This document shows positions 37,128 to 50,230 of a DNA stretch of 64,000 nucleotides, in pieces. The stretch's first letter is position 1. Every line of letters begins with the position of its first letter. The translations under genes and the position numbers were made by a program. The notes beneath the pieces were generated by a model. That model searched no databases. It had not been told where the DNA came from and worked only from the letters and a program-made list of their open reading frames with translations. The DNA is from Felis catus (taxonomy: Eukaryota): positions 13,082,001 to 13,146,000 of the forward strand of contig NC_058370.1 of NCBI RefSeq assembly GCF_018350175.1. Direction: 5' to 3'.

Positions 37128-37550
37128 TGTATTTACTAGTTAGGACAGGCAAGGTTATGTGGCAGAACAAATAACACCAAAATCTCCTTGACTTAACACC
37201 ATAACAACTCATTCTCTGCATCTCAACAGGGCTGTTAGAGGGCTATGTTCATTGTAATCTCCCAGGGATTATCTGGGCTGACAGAGGTTCCACCATTTCT
37301 GGATGCCATCATATTGAATATATGCTCCCACGATCACCAAGGCATGGCAAGACACCGTAGGGAATCTTATACCAAGTCTTTAAGGATTCTACCTGGAAAC
37401 AACACGTGTCACTTCTTCTCAGATTTCATTGGCCACACAAGATCATATGTCTGCACATAATGTTAAGGAGCGGGAAGTGTGACCCCCCCTTGTGGGACTA
37501 GAAGAAGAGGAAAACCTTGAACAACACCTGAGTGTTGGTGATGTCTACCC
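37128..37550 (-). mobile_element. MLT1J-like LTR
   Basis: 'tagttaggacaggcaaggttatg...accaaaatctc..gacttaacac...cacgtgtcacttc..atttcattggcca'. Confidence 0.7.
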
Positions 37551-38561
37551 TAGCGCAGTATTTGGGGCAGAAAGAAAAAAATTGACTTACAAACAACTTC
37601 ACTAATGTGATGGTTTTCTCTTTGACACTTTGCATCTCAGAAAATTATTAGGGTTCTGAGGGGAAGGATTAAAGGCAAGTTTTATTTGAGGTTGGCTGGT
37701 TTTTTTTGCACTCAATCTCTTATAGTCTTATTTTTGTCTGCATGAAGGCATTAGCATACATATTCTGGGCTCTGAGCCAAGATGAGTCATTTTGTCTGTT
37801 TCCTCATCTCCATGGTGCCCCCGTCTTTGCCAGAATCAAACAGCCGTCCCAGTCAGGAACCACGCCAGGGACCCTGAATCCCCCAAGCCTGGTGCCCAGT
37901 CACCCCTCCCGCTCTCTTGATGGAACCGACCTTCAACAGATGCCACCGGCAAGGCCAGGCGCCAGGAACAATGCCACTTGGAATCTGATAAGTGACACGT
38001 GGTGCCCTTCCCAGACCAGCTTTTCATCACTTTGGAAAAGGGATGGGCTTGGGACATCTCAATCTCCACTGAAACCCTCAGGCATGCCTTGGTTATGACC
38101 GGGTGGGATTATTGTCACACTCTGCTGCACGGACCCCACCCCCACCTCAGGCTGTGTGAAGATTAGAGAGGGTGAAGAAGCAAAATGAAAATGTCAGATT
38201 TCTACTGGGGATTAGGAGGTGCTCAATCCTAGCCAAATACTTTCTCCTTAAAGAAAGGAAAAACAGAAAAAAGAAAACCCAGTCCAAACTCCCATCGTCT
38301 TCAACATTCCATAAAAACATGAGTTGGGGGGAAAACACACACACAATTCAGCTAACAAGTGAGAAACACTTTGCGTGAAATACCACATTTTAAAAAATGA
38401 GTCTGAGGCCAACAAAGCACAAGAATTTCTGTTCACAACCATGGTGTGAACAAGGGCTGTTTCCAGGAAAGAGATGCATCCTAAAATTGGGCAATAGACA
38501 AAAATAGTCTGCCATTTATTCACAACTTAATCTAACTATCCCAAACTTAGTCATATATTGG

Positions 38562-39122
38562 TGTGGTGGGCAGCTTCTAATACTGGCTCCCAATGGTCCC
38601 CACCTCCTGGTGTTATGTCCTTATGTAATTTCCTCCTCGAGTGTGGACTGGGCTTAATTACTTGCTCCCAACAAGTAGAATACAGCAAAAGTGATGGATG
38701 TCACTTCTGAAACTGGGGTGGAACAAAAGACTGTGACTTCCACCTTGCTCACACTCAAATCTTTTCTCTGTTACCTGCTTGCTCTGAGGAAGTGAGCCAG
38801 CCACCAAGCTGTGAGCTCCCCTTCAGGAGGTCCCTGTGCTAAGGAACCAAGAGAGACCTCCAGCCAACAGCTGGAAAAGAACTGAGGCCCTCAGATTAGT
38901 AACAGCCTGCGAGGAAAGAAATCTTGCCGACAACCACTTGAGTCAGCTCAGGAGCAGATTGTCCAGCCCCGGGCGAGCCTTCAGATGAGACCGCAGCCCC
39001 AGCTGACGTGTTGATTACAGCACGGCAAGAGCCTAGAGTCAGAGGACCCAGATTCCTGGCCCCCCAAAACTGTAGAGAATAGACTTGGGGTGACTTATTA
39101 CGAGCAATAGACAACTAACACA
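38562..39122 (+). mobile_element. MLT1E/F-type solo LTR
   Basis: Starts 'tgtggtgggcagcttctaa..ggctcccaatggtccccacctcctggt', ends 'gcaatagacaactaacaca' (TG...CA). Confidence 0.85.
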
Positions 39123-39598
39123 CAGGGCTAAACTGAGCGGGCATGTGACCCTGACCAGAACAATAATATCTGACTGAACTTTCCTGCTCAGTATGACAGT
39201 TTTGAAATTCAGGAGTCCCAGCTTAGACTGAAGCAGCCATTCTCAACATTTTTAGGTGTGAAGAATCTCTTCAAATGAAGTCTTCTAGAAAAATTCACTT
39301 TGTTAAACAGACCAAAGTGAGAGCTGTTTGGGCTGATCTGGGGATAGGGTGTCTACTTGAGACCCCCTGCCCCACCTTATGGCCTCTGAGGACCTTCCTG
39401 TCAACTTTAAAGCCTCCATAAGAACCATGAGTCAGCTGGTTGGACATCTCCTTTCCAAGAATACTCAATGATAGGAGGGAACATTAGCTATTGACTGTGA
39501 GATAGAGCAATTCTGTCCCTGTACACCTCTCTGTCCAGTGTAGACTTATGTAAGCCCCCAGGAAAGACAGGGGGGATCAAAAGCTTGTGCAGCATCAT

Positions 39599-39625
39599 TT
39601 AAAAATTTTGTAATGCTTTATTTTT

Positions 39626-39677
<52 letters not shown>

Positions 39678-39830
39678 GGGCAGAGAGACAGGGAGACACA
39701 GAATCCAAAGTAGGCTCCAAGCTCTGAGCTGTCAGCCCAGGGCTCTAAGTGGGGCTTGAACTCACAAACCAGAGGATCATGAACAGAGCTGATGTTGGAT
39801 GCTTAACTGACTGAGCCACCCAGGTGCCCC
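39599..39830 (-). mobile_element. Can-SINE with long (GA)n tract
   Basis: 'gcttaactgactgagccacccaggtgcccc' head, ~40 bp (GA)n. Confidence 0.93.
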
Positions 39831-40214
39831 ACTCATGCAGCTGCGCCTCTCTCTGTGAGCGTCAGAGCCCCTGGCGTCCTGCGCGGACCCAGGGGCCCCT
39901 GGAAGATCCCAGCACGGATGCGGCCAAAGTCCAGGTCCCCGTGGGGAGACGGCTGTGCCCGCAGCCCCTTCCTGACTCCTGACCGATGGTCAACAGACGC
40001 ATGACAATGGGACGGAGGGCTGCGGGGAGGAGGGCATCTTCTCTGCCCAAAGCACAGCAAAAACACCCAGGGGATCCCGAGAGGCAGGGAGCAGCAGGGA
40101 GGCGGCTCCCGGGTGGAATGACCGAGGGCGCTCACAGCCTGACGTTTACCTAAGGAAGATGTGCAGACTCGGGACAGAAATCGTTTCGGGGCAAAGCAGA
40201 CGTGCTCTGGCCAT

Positions 40215-40851
40215 NNNNNNNNNNNNNNNNNNNNNNNNNNNNNNNNNNNNNNNNNNNNNNNNNNNNNNNNNNNNNNNNNNNNNNNNNNNNNNNNNNNNNN
40301 NNNNNNNNNNNNNNNNNNNNNNNNNNNNNNNNNNNNNNNNNNNNNNNNNNNNNNNNNNNNNNNNNNNNNNNNNNNNNNNNNNNNNNNNNNNNNNNNNNNN
40401 NNNNNNNNNNNNNNNNNNNNNNNNNNNNNNNNNNNNNNNNNNNNNNNNNNNNNNNNNNNNNNNNNNNNNNNNNNNNNNNNNNNNNNNNNNNNNNNNNNNN
40501 NNNNNNNNNNNNNNNNNNNNNNNNNNNNNNNNNNNNNNNNNNNNNNNNNNNNNNNNNNNNNNNNNNNNNNNNNNNNNNNNNNNNNNNNNNNNNNNNNNNN
40601 NNNNNNNNNNNNNNNNNNNNNNNNNNNNNNNNNNNNNNNNNNNNNNNNNNNNNNNNNNNNNNNNNNNNNNNNNNNNNNNNNNNNNNNNNNNNNNNNNNNN
40701 NNNNNNNNNNNNNNNNNNNNNNNNNNNNNNNNNNNNNNNNNNNNNNNNNNNNNNNNNNNNNNNNNNNNNNNNNNNNNNNNNNNNNNNNNNNNNNNNNNNN
40801 NNNNNNNNNNNNNNNNNNNNNNNNNNNNNNNNNNNNNNNNNNNNNNNNNNN
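40215..40851. other. Assembly gap
   Basis: N run. Confidence 1.
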
Positions 40852-41216
40852 TTTTGTCTCTTTCCCTCTCCGAATTTGGTCTTCACTATGCTAACGCTTA
40901 CCTTTCCCACATCTATTGCATTTGCACCCAGTCTTGCGGGGCCAGTTTGCTTTCACCTCGTGTGTACGCCATGCCACGGCCTCCAGCTGATGTACATCCA
41001 GGCTGGCTTCCAGGCTCTCACTAGCACAGACAAGGTTCCAGTGAATGTTCTGGAGCCTGGATTCTTGTGCATGTGCCCAAGACAGGCTCTAAGGTATACA
41101 CGGATGAGGGGAAAGAGGGTCTACTTTTCCAGCTATGCCTGTGCAAAGCAAGAAGGGTTGGAGAATAGAGGTGGGGATCTGGAACAATTGTGGTTTACAT
41201 ATTGATTTGTTTGTTC

Positions 41217-41217
<1 letters not shown>

Positions 41218-41250
<33 letters not shown>
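41218..41250. repeat. (TG)n microsatellite
   Basis: Pure TG run. Confidence 0.95.
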
Positions 41251-41255
<5 letters not shown>

Positions 41256-42099
41256 AGGCCAGAATCTATGTCCTGACTCCTTCACCAGTTTTTGATAATA
41301 GCACCTTGATTTTATTTTGGGGAATTACTCTCTGCTCCAATTAGGTGCCACACCTCGGTGGGTCCGTGGAGCAAGATGGCCTTTCTCTCTCCCACCCTGG
41401 CCAGAGGGCCCTCGTTCCATCTTATCTAAAAATACCAAGCGCCCTTGCACTATGTGATTTTGGACCCATGGAGGAGTGACACACATTCTCGCAGGGGCTG
41501 GAACCCACCGCCGCGCCCTGGAAAAAATCGCCCACCAGTTACTTCTGCCTAGAAACCCAGAGCTGGCTTGGTTTTTACCCTTTTCAGAAATGCCTCCTTC
41601 CAGCCTGTGAACCTTCCATAACTTTGTTTTCTTTAGTTTGGCGACAGCTGGCTGCTGTTGCTTGAACCCCAAGTCCCCAACTACACAGCCGCTTGTGGAG
41701 GGTGGACTGAGGGGGCAGGCGGAGAAAAGAAATTTCCTGGCACGGGAGGCTGGTGCCACACACCTGGCCTCTCCACCTCCCACGTTGCTTTCCCCTCGTG
41801 TTGGAAACCTCACCCCTCTACTTTATTGTTTGGAAATCCACACTCCCATTTTCGATCTTGGTCAGTATGCTACCTTAAAAACTTTTTATTCCCTTCCACG
41901 GCCTAAACGTCTGCCCTGTGTCCCAAAACTAGGGGATTTCTCTTTCCATGGTCACAGGTGCAGATCTGAGAAGTCAACCTGGCAAATAGCTTCATGACTT
42001 CACCTTCAGACAGGGGGACAGCGAACCTGTTTCTATGCATCCTACTTCAGCTTATAAATGTCGTTAATGATTTTTATAATGTACATTATTATTATTTTT

Positions 42100-42590
42100 T
42101 TGGCTTCCCAGAACCCCTTGTGCCACCTTTTAGTAACCAAACCCCAGTTTTCTCGGGGAAATCATTCTTCACTATCACCCACAGGGCTTGACCAGCCCTC
42201 GGGGTCAGACGGATTAAAATCATCAGGGTTATCTGGGTTTTCGTTTTCTGGCAACTGTGATTGGTCCAGGGACGGGCACGTGACCTGGACCACTGAGCTG
42301 CAACAAAGCTATTTTAGTGGCTTCCGCGAGTGCGGCAGTCTCTTGCCTGTCCTGTAGCAGCGACAGGACATTTTAAGAATGGACCTGAGAGGGGAAGGAG
42401 GGGCCCCGAGACCACGCACTGGTCAGGACCTGGTGACGTCACCTGGAACTCTGGATCCAGCTGTGCCTGAGACTAACTACTCCTCGCACTTCGTAGTTAT
42501 CTGACGTTCATACATTGATTTAAAGCTATTTAACCCAGTTTGTTGTTGTTGTTGTTGTTGTTGTATGCAACCAAGAGTCCTGACTGATAA
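42100..42590 (+). mobile_element. MLT1K-like LTR
   Basis: 'tgattggtccagggacgggcacgtgacc...ctggatccagctgtgcctga...tgcaaccaagagtcctgactgata'. Confidence 0.65.
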
Positions 42591-43578
42591 AATCTCTGAG
42601 TTATAAGGTGTTTGCGTTTAAAAGGGGGTGCTCCGTGTGTCAGCCTAGAAGGAGCAGCGATGATAGGACCGCAGACACATGGCAGTCCAGGGAGGAAGAC
42701 GATGGTTTGTGGAGGCTCTCAGATGTCATGCAGGAAAGCTGGTGACTCTCAGTGTCTAGACGCAGCTGGGTCTGCGAGCAGAGTCATCAGGTTCTCCATT
42801 GTCTCCCTTCATTCCTCCAGAAGGTGTCCTTCTGTCCCTTTAAGATAGAGTACTCAAGTAGCCTTGTGTGGTTTCAATTAGGCCTCCAGTTAAGAAATGG
42901 AGAGTAAAAATTAAAGCCAGAGTCACTGGAATGTGATGATGCATCCTCTTAGGAATTTTCCTGGAGAAGCTGACCTCATTTAGGACTTTGATGCTGGAAT
43001 GGGGGCTCTGGTATCACTCAGAGTGTGAGAATGCTGGACCCCCGCTCTGCTAAGGCCTCAGACAAACGCGGGAGACAAGCGTTCCTGAATTTCCAGGGCT
43101 AATGAACCTCTTCCTCTGGTTTCTGTTAGCTGCACATGGCGTTTCTCTTGTAAAGACCTTCCTGTGGACTTTCATATTTAAGTCAATTTTTGATGGACAC
43201 CCGGCTTGCTTGTTGACCAGTGTCTCTGACCCTGGGTCCAAGCAGAAAGTGGAGTTAGGAGAAATGTCACAGAGGTTACGGCCGCCAGGGTTAGGACCGT
43301 GAGCACAGACCCAATGCTCAAAGGTCTTTGGCGGGCACAACACATCACGGTGGTAAACTCCCAGCTCCTTTCTGAAGTCATATGCCAAGCAGAGAACACA
43401 AACCTGGCAGTTTGCAGAATTTGTTCCAAGAGGCGGTTGTAAAATTTAGACTTGGTAAAAGACTTCTGTAGGCAAAGAAAAAAAATGTGGGCACCAAAGT
43501 GAGGTGTGTGTATTAGAACTTTTCAAGTCACAGATTTAACAAGTTGTCAATGAAGCTTTAACCAGCGGTAAACGACTC

Positions 43579-43947
43579 TGTATTAGTTAGGATGGCCTAG
43601 CTCATGCTGCGGTAACAAAAGATCCCCAAATCTCAGTGGCTTAGAATAAGAGACAGCTAATTCTCATAAATGTCGTGTTTCCATCTCTGTTAGAGCAGGG
43701 CTTTCTGCACACGGTATTCATCCGGGTACTCAGGCTTCATCCTGACACGTGTTTCTAGAAAACCACCGTGGCAGGCAGATGATAATGTAGTTTAATGGAC
43801 TTTGGCTCAGAAAAGACACACGCAGTGTCTACTCACGTGTCACAGGCAAAGCCGGTCACGTGGCTGCACCAAACTTCAAGTATGCAGGGGAGTGCAGTAC
43901 TATCCAGAAGGATATGTGTTTAGCAAATAGCACCGATAACTACCACA
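43579..43947 (-). mobile_element. MLT1J-like solo LTR
   Basis: 'tgtattagttaggatggcctagctcatgctgcggtaacaa..ccccaaatctcagtggctta...ggtcacgtggc..aacttcaag...taccaca'. Confidence 0.8.
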
Positions 43948-44229
43948 GCCCATATGTAGCTATGCCGGGACAAGTTGACTCTCCTCCAGCAAAACTGGTG
44001 GGTGAGCCAAGACATCCTAGCTGGTGAGTAAGGCGGGCCCACCACTCAGCACTTGGAACCTGTCTTCCCAACTACATGTGCTCAAATAAATAATAGTTGA
44101 TTAAAATTCAGATTCTTGGTGAACAATGATCTCCAAGCAGAAATCCAACTTCCAGGCTGTTGTGACTTTGTTCTGTGAACATTTGTCGAGTAGCGCTTTG
44201 TCTAACAAAAGATCACAAGGAGAAGTGAA

Positions 44230-44635
44230 ATTGAGAGGTTCGTGGCCCGCAGGGAAGGTCCAGGCAGGGTGCAGGCAGGGAGAGCAAAGCAGGACTGGGG
44301 GTGTTTTGGGGTTTCCGGACTAAAGCTGGATTGGTCAGTTCAAACCAAAATGAGCAGGGGTTTTAGTAAGCTTCCCGCTGGGGGTGTGGCGGGGGTTGTG
44401 ATTTGAGGGGTGCACAGCAGGAAGGCTCTGGGAGGCAGAGGGCTTCTCACAGGACTGGTCGGGGAGTCATATCTGCTTGCGACTCTGAGGGCTGTTGCTG
44501 TCAGTTCAAGCCCCCTGCGGGCTACTTGGCCACACAAAATGGATGCCCAGGCAGCAATCTTAGGGAGTAGTTTATTGTTTATTGTTTATTCACTTACACA
44601 GTCTCTAACTGGGCTCATCAGATAGGTTCCCACAG
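44230..44635 (-). mobile_element. Probable ERVL-class LTR (MER54/MER74-like)
   Basis: Reverse strand begins 'tgtgggaacc' and contains 'gctgcctgggcatccattttg', similar to remembered MER54-family LTRs. Confidence 0.35.
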
Positions 44636-45381
44636 ATTGCTTTTATCAGGTTCCTTTTTATTTTTATTTTTCTATAATGAAACCTGGATCCTGGATATCA
44701 TTTGAAAAATGAACTATTTTACAGAGGTGCTGGGGCACATGCAAAAAAACTATATATACTGTATATATATGTGTATACTATACTGATATACTCTATATAT
44801 TACATAAGTATACTATAGTAATATACTGTATGTAATGAGAAGGCCTCATTAGTAGAATAGTTGGAAACTAACTGACATCAAGAACCCCAGATACACGAGC
44901 TTGAGTGCGAGGGCTGGAAGGGGCTTCTGCGACATTTGCGTATGACAGCAGTCTTCCTGGGGATTCTTGGCATCACGGAGAAGTGCAGCAAAACTCTCAA
45001 CACAGTCTTAGAAGTGCAGAAGTCTACAAGATTAATGGTCTCAGCCAGGAAATGGCTCTTTTGGAAAAAATGAAACCATGAAGTACAAATGCAACCAAGA
45101 TTAATGAAAAGGATGAGACCACATTATGTGCCGAATGGAAAACTTGAAAAACATTTTGTGGACCGGTTTCAGTGGGAAGGCAGCGTATGAAATAGCTGTG
45201 TTGTATGGGGGACCTCATCTAGGTCACCGAGTGACCTGCGAGTGTGGGAGCTCCCAGAGGCCCCTGGAAGTCAGGATTCACTTGCCTGTTGAAAGATGAG
45301 TCTGTACAATCAAGTGGCCTGGGTGCTTGGGGGCAGCTAAAGGGAAACATGGTGGTGGGTGCTCTGCTCCTGTGGTCTCCA

Positions 45382-46170
45382 AAGTTATATATAACATATA
45401 CAATAATATGTGTATGTTGTAATACATATTATATGTGTATTACATGTTATATATAATAAGCTATATATAACATACACAACAATATGCATATGATGTAATA
45501 CATATTATATGTGTATTATATGTGTGTATTATTATATATTATATATAATAAGTTACCTATAACATATACAATGTGTATATATTATAATACATATTATATG
45601 TGTGTATTATTGTATGTTATATATAATAAGTTTTATATGACATACCTAACAACATGTATATGTTGTAATACATATTATATGTGTGTATTATGTTGTATAT
45701 AATAAGCTATATATAACATACACAACAATATGTATATGCTGTAATACAGATTATATGTGTATTATATGTGTATTACATGTGTGTATTATTATATATTATA
45801 TATAATAAGTTACACATAACATATACAACAATATGTATATGCTGTAATACGTATTATATGTATGTATTATTGTATGTTATATGTAATAAGTTTTATATAA
45901 CATACCTAACAATATGTATATGTTGTAATACATATACATATATGTATGGTTGTAATACATACACATATGTGTGTGTAGTATTGTATATCATATATAATAA
46001 GTTAATATATAATAATACACATATATGCATCGAATATACAATATATAATATATACATATTATATATATGCTAAATACAAATATATAATACATATTATTAT
46101 ATTGTTGTATGTATTATTTATAACATATATAATTTATTATATAATATACGATGGATTACAAATATAATTT
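45382..46170. repeat. AT-rich palindromic minisatellite, 76-111 bp units, with trimeric higher-order repeat
   Basis: Units start at 45382, 45458, 45550, 45628, 45704, 45807, 45888 and 45999, separated by 'taat|aag(t/c)t'. Confidence 0.9.
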
Positions 46171-48547
46171 TAAAATTTACTGTGCACCTAAGCCTCTAAG
46201 GGTTTAAAAATGTATTTGGATGGCGTTGTCACTGGAATTATCGGTAGTGCTCAACTGATGGAAACAACGTAAAGAGAAAAATGTGGTGTTTTCCAACATT
46301 AAAAGGATATTTGTAGAGAGCATCATTTACTCTCCCGGGGAGGGGCCGGGGCCCAGATGCCAGCGGGCCGAGTTGGCTCTCGGACGCCCAGGCAGTGTGT
46401 GCACCACGGGAAGGCTTGGGATGGCCGGAAACCATGCTTTTCCTTTGCAAAACGGCAGAAGGAGAATCGTGCAAGGAAGGTGGGAGAAGAGAACAGACGT
46501 GTGGACCACACCGCAAGCGTGTTCTCGGGCCGATCAGTTTAGGCAAGGGGAACACTCGGAAGCTTTGAGGTGTCCGTGCCCTTGGCGCCCCTCGGGAAGC
46601 GTGGCGGCCGCCCGGGAGCGCCTCCCTTCGTCAGCATGGACCTGATCGTTCGGACTTCTCTCTTTCTGCTCGCGCAGTAAGAGTGAAAATGGCGTGAGCT
46701 GCATTTGACCCTTTCAAAAGCATTGTCTTACCTATCTGCCCGTGGCCGTGTGGTGAGGGGCCTGGACGGGAGTGGATTTCCAGCTCTCCCCCGCTGTCTG
46801 TGTCACAGCGTAGTCAATATGCTCCCGCCACTCTGTCCTCTTCCTGCTTCTCTGTCTCCCTTCTCTCTGTGACCCCACGTCTCCTCCACGTCCCCCTTCC
46901 TTCCTCCACCTTCCTCTTTATCTCCATCCTTGATCTAGCTTCTCTTTTCTCTTCCTTGTCCCTAAACATTTCCACCGAATTAAGTCTTGAAAGCTATTTG
47001 CATAAAACCATTACAAAGGGGGGCGAGAATGACATTTCTTTAAGGGCCTGGGTCAATAGCTTTGACAAATGAGACTGATCTCGGGGAAAACAAATTGTTA
47101 GCGTTATACTGAAATTTCGCTGTGGGTATTAAATATTTGCATGGGGTAACCAAACACTCTCGGGTTTAGGCAGACGAATTCCATTCCAAAACCACTAAAA
47201 TGAAAAGCCAACTGCAAATTAGGTTTGAAATGGACCTGCCTGTCCTCAGAGATTTCGCAGTGACTAATGGATTAGTCCCCAAGTGGAACACAAGCCACTT
47301 TGCTTTCATAGGAGCGAGGAAGACTAATAAAGCCGCGTCTCTGTGCAGCCCCAGTCAACCAGGCTTCGTCAACCTCTGTTAAATAGCCCGACGCTTCTCC
47401 GCCGAGCTTCTTAATTAAGTCGCAATAAGAGCGGGCCCTTGAGAAATCCCCAAATGCCTGAGTTCTTGGCTTAATATTCTTTCCTAGTGGTAATGCCGAG
47501 AAGGAATGGGAAAGAGCGACTGACCCACCCCCGGCAGACTCCATTAGTGCCCCACCAAGAACTTACGTATGTGAAGTCGGAATGAAATAATCATAAAGCG
47601 GTTTCATTTTTAGGTTGTTTGTCTGAGACGCTCCACACACAAACCAAAGGCTCTGCCCAGGCAGCTTCAAGACAAGCACCCTGCGCCCGTCCTCACAGCC
47701 CCTCGCTGGACACAGAGGGCTGGGCTATGCTAGAGCCATCGCCCCCCATCTCGGTGGTCTCACGCCCAAAATTGTTTGCGTGTTAACTTACGTGTTATTT
47801 GTGTGTTTCCTTGTTCTCACGTGAGGTCCACTGACGGTCCAGGCGACCCCCAAGGGCAGCGTCCTTGTGTGGACTCGGGGGGCTTCCACTGGGCGGGCTG
47901 GACCTCGAAGCACCGGCTGCCACCATCACCGTGAAGCGCAGAGGGCCCCGGGGCTCCCGCACCTGCCACAGATGCTTCAGTAAAGTGACGCACGGCGCCT
48001 CTTCCAGCCACACTAACTGCTTAGAGGGTGTCCCACAGCCCCACCCGGCTTCAAGGGGACGGGTCGTGTCAGGCCGCTGTTTCTGGAAGGAGGACAGAAC
48101 GTTCCTGAGCAACAAAAGCCTCTCTCAAATTCTGTTCAAACCAAACCGCCTTCTGCTGTACAAAAACTCCAGAGCTGCCAATAGAGAGCCCAAACTTCTT
48201 CAGCTGCCCTGGGCATCCCAGCCTGGGTGCTCCCAGCCGAGTGATGCAGGCAGCCTTGTCTCCTTCCGCTCTGTTCCCTGCTGTGCCCTCGGGACCTGGA
48301 ACATGCCCCAAGTGGGGGAGGGGGTGCTTCATACGCGCCTGTTAGTGAGCGAATTCCCTGAGCCTCAGTTTCCCCACCTGCCCGCTGCACGTGCTAGTAA
48401 TAAGAGTCGCCCTGAAGAATGAACTTCTAAAGTATTTTAAAACGCTCGGCAAACAGTAGAGTCCCGTGCAGGGGTGGGTTGGCATCACCGTCACAGCGGG
48501 CGTGGGAACCGGTGCATGGCTGTGACTGGAAACCAGCTCACTCATGT

Positions 48548-48586
48548 CTCTCGTGGTCCGTGACGGCCTCTCGTGGTCCGTGACGG
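48548..48586. repeat. Perfect 19-bp tandem duplication (period 20)
   Basis: ctctcgtggtccgtgacgg at 48548-48566 and 48568-48586. Confidence 0.95.
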
Positions 48587-49180
48587 TGCTGGGGAAACTC
48601 AGAGCTTCCAAATGCTGCAACTTTCAGGGTCAACATACCAGTCGGTGCTGAGCCCAGCCCTTCCTTCTTTCTAGTTAATCAGCAGAGACTTCGTTTTTTG
48701 TTTTGTTTTGTTTTGTTTTACCGGCTTTCAAACCGCAGGGATGTTTCGGCTCTTGTCTGTGCTTCTGTCTGCCCTGCTCTCCTCGCCCCCCTTACCCACC
48801 ATCTGCACCGGTCCCATCACGGTCGCTGGCCGGCTACCGCTGTCCCAGCCCTCAGAGCCATCGGGCGCACCATCCAAAGGGAGAGCTCCTTTGCCTACAT
48901 CCCCGCCAGTGATCACGTCCACATAGCCTCGTCCAAGGGCAGGGGCACATCACATGCCCGCTCCAAACGAGGCACAATGGCCTGGGATGAAACGCGTAGA
49001 TCGACAGGCCTACACCACCTATCCACTCATTGGCCAAGTGTGTACCAAGCAGGGACGGAGCTCCGGGCTGCGTCCCAGGCATTGACGGTGGTGCAAATGA
49101 CGGACGAAGTGCCCGTCCTACGGGAGTGAGTGTTACAGTCGGTCGTGTTAGTTCTCCTGTCACCTCTCTTTCTCATCACC

Positions 49181-49220
49181 CGCGCGCGTGTGTGTGTGTG
49201 TGTGTGTGTGTGCATGTGTG
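49181..49220. repeat. (CG)n(TG)n alternating purine-pyrimidine tract
   Basis: cgcgcgcgtgtgtgtg... Confidence 0.9.
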
Positions 49221-49546
49221 TTGAGGGGGCTGAACAGAAAGAGTTTTCCCAATGCCTTTCTGAACTAACTCTCCTTACTCCTGCCACCACGACTATTACT
49301 ACTTTTCTTTCAAAATATTTAATATGAGCTGACAGGACGCTGTGCTTTTGCTTCTTTATGTTCTGTCTCCCCCATGGAGTATGAGCTCCATGAACGAGGA
49401 CTAGCTACCTTCCATCTATGTTCTGCTTTGCCCTTGTGTCTGGCACATAGTAGTTACTGGGTGACTATCTGTAGTGGACAAAGGAAGGGTGGAGGTAGAG
49501 AGGCAAAGAAGGGAGGGGAGAGGGAGAAAGGAGGAGGGAAGAGAGG

Positions 49547-49961
49547 NNNNNNNNNNNNNNNNNNNNNNNNNNNNNNNNNNNNNNNNNNNNNNNNNNNNNN
49601 NNNNNNNNNNNNNNNNNNNNNNNNNNNNNNNNNNNNNNNNNNNNNNNNNNNNNNNNNNNNNNNNNNNNNNNNNNNNNNNNNNNNNNNNNNNNNNNNNNNN
49701 NNNNNNNNNNNNNNNNNNNNNNNNNNNNNNNNNNNNNNNNNNNNNNNNNNNNNNNNNNNNNNNNNNNNNNNNNNNNNNNNNNNNNNNNNNNNNNNNNNNN
49801 NNNNNNNNNNNNNNNNNNNNNNNNNNNNNNNNNNNNNNNNNNNNNNNNNNNNNNNNNNNNNNNNNNNNNNNNNNNNNNNNNNNNNNNNNNNNNNNNNNNN
49901 NNNNNNNNNNNNNNNNNNNNNNNNNNNNNNNNNNNNNNNNNNNNNNNNNNNNNNNNNNNNN
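49547..49961. other. Assembly gap
   Basis: N run preceded by a GA-rich low-complexity tract. Confidence 1.
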
Positions 49962-50230
49962 ACCTCTAAGGAGATAATCAAGCTTCAACGAGGCCCAATG
50001 GGACAGATGGAAGAGGAGACATCGGCCGTGTGTGCACACAGAGGAAAGGTGATGTGCGGACACCGTGAGAGGGTGGCCGTCTACAAGCCAGGAAGGGAGG
50101 TCTCACAAGACCTTGACGCTGCCGGGGCCTTGATCTTGGACTTCAATCTGCAGAACCGAGAGAAAATAATCTTTCGTTTAAGCCCCCACGTCTGTGCTAG
50201 CCTGTTATGGTGGCCTGGGCAGACGAAGAC
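49962..50230 (+). mobile_element. MLT1A-type LTR (3' part)
   Basis: 'ggccgtctacaagccaggaagggaggtctcac...ccttgatcttggacttc...tttaagccccc...tgttatggtggcc..gcagacgaagaca'. Confidence 0.8.

Noticed and set aside
40146-41205. Long ORFs of 230-348 aa (also around 49.4-50.3 kb and 52-54 kb)
   Set aside because: They run through N gaps
45382-46170. Repeat/spacer-like periodicity and Tyr/Ile/Cys-rich ORFs
   Set aside because: Not CRISPR (mammalian DNA, no unique spacers, no cas genes); the ORFs are translations of the minisatellite
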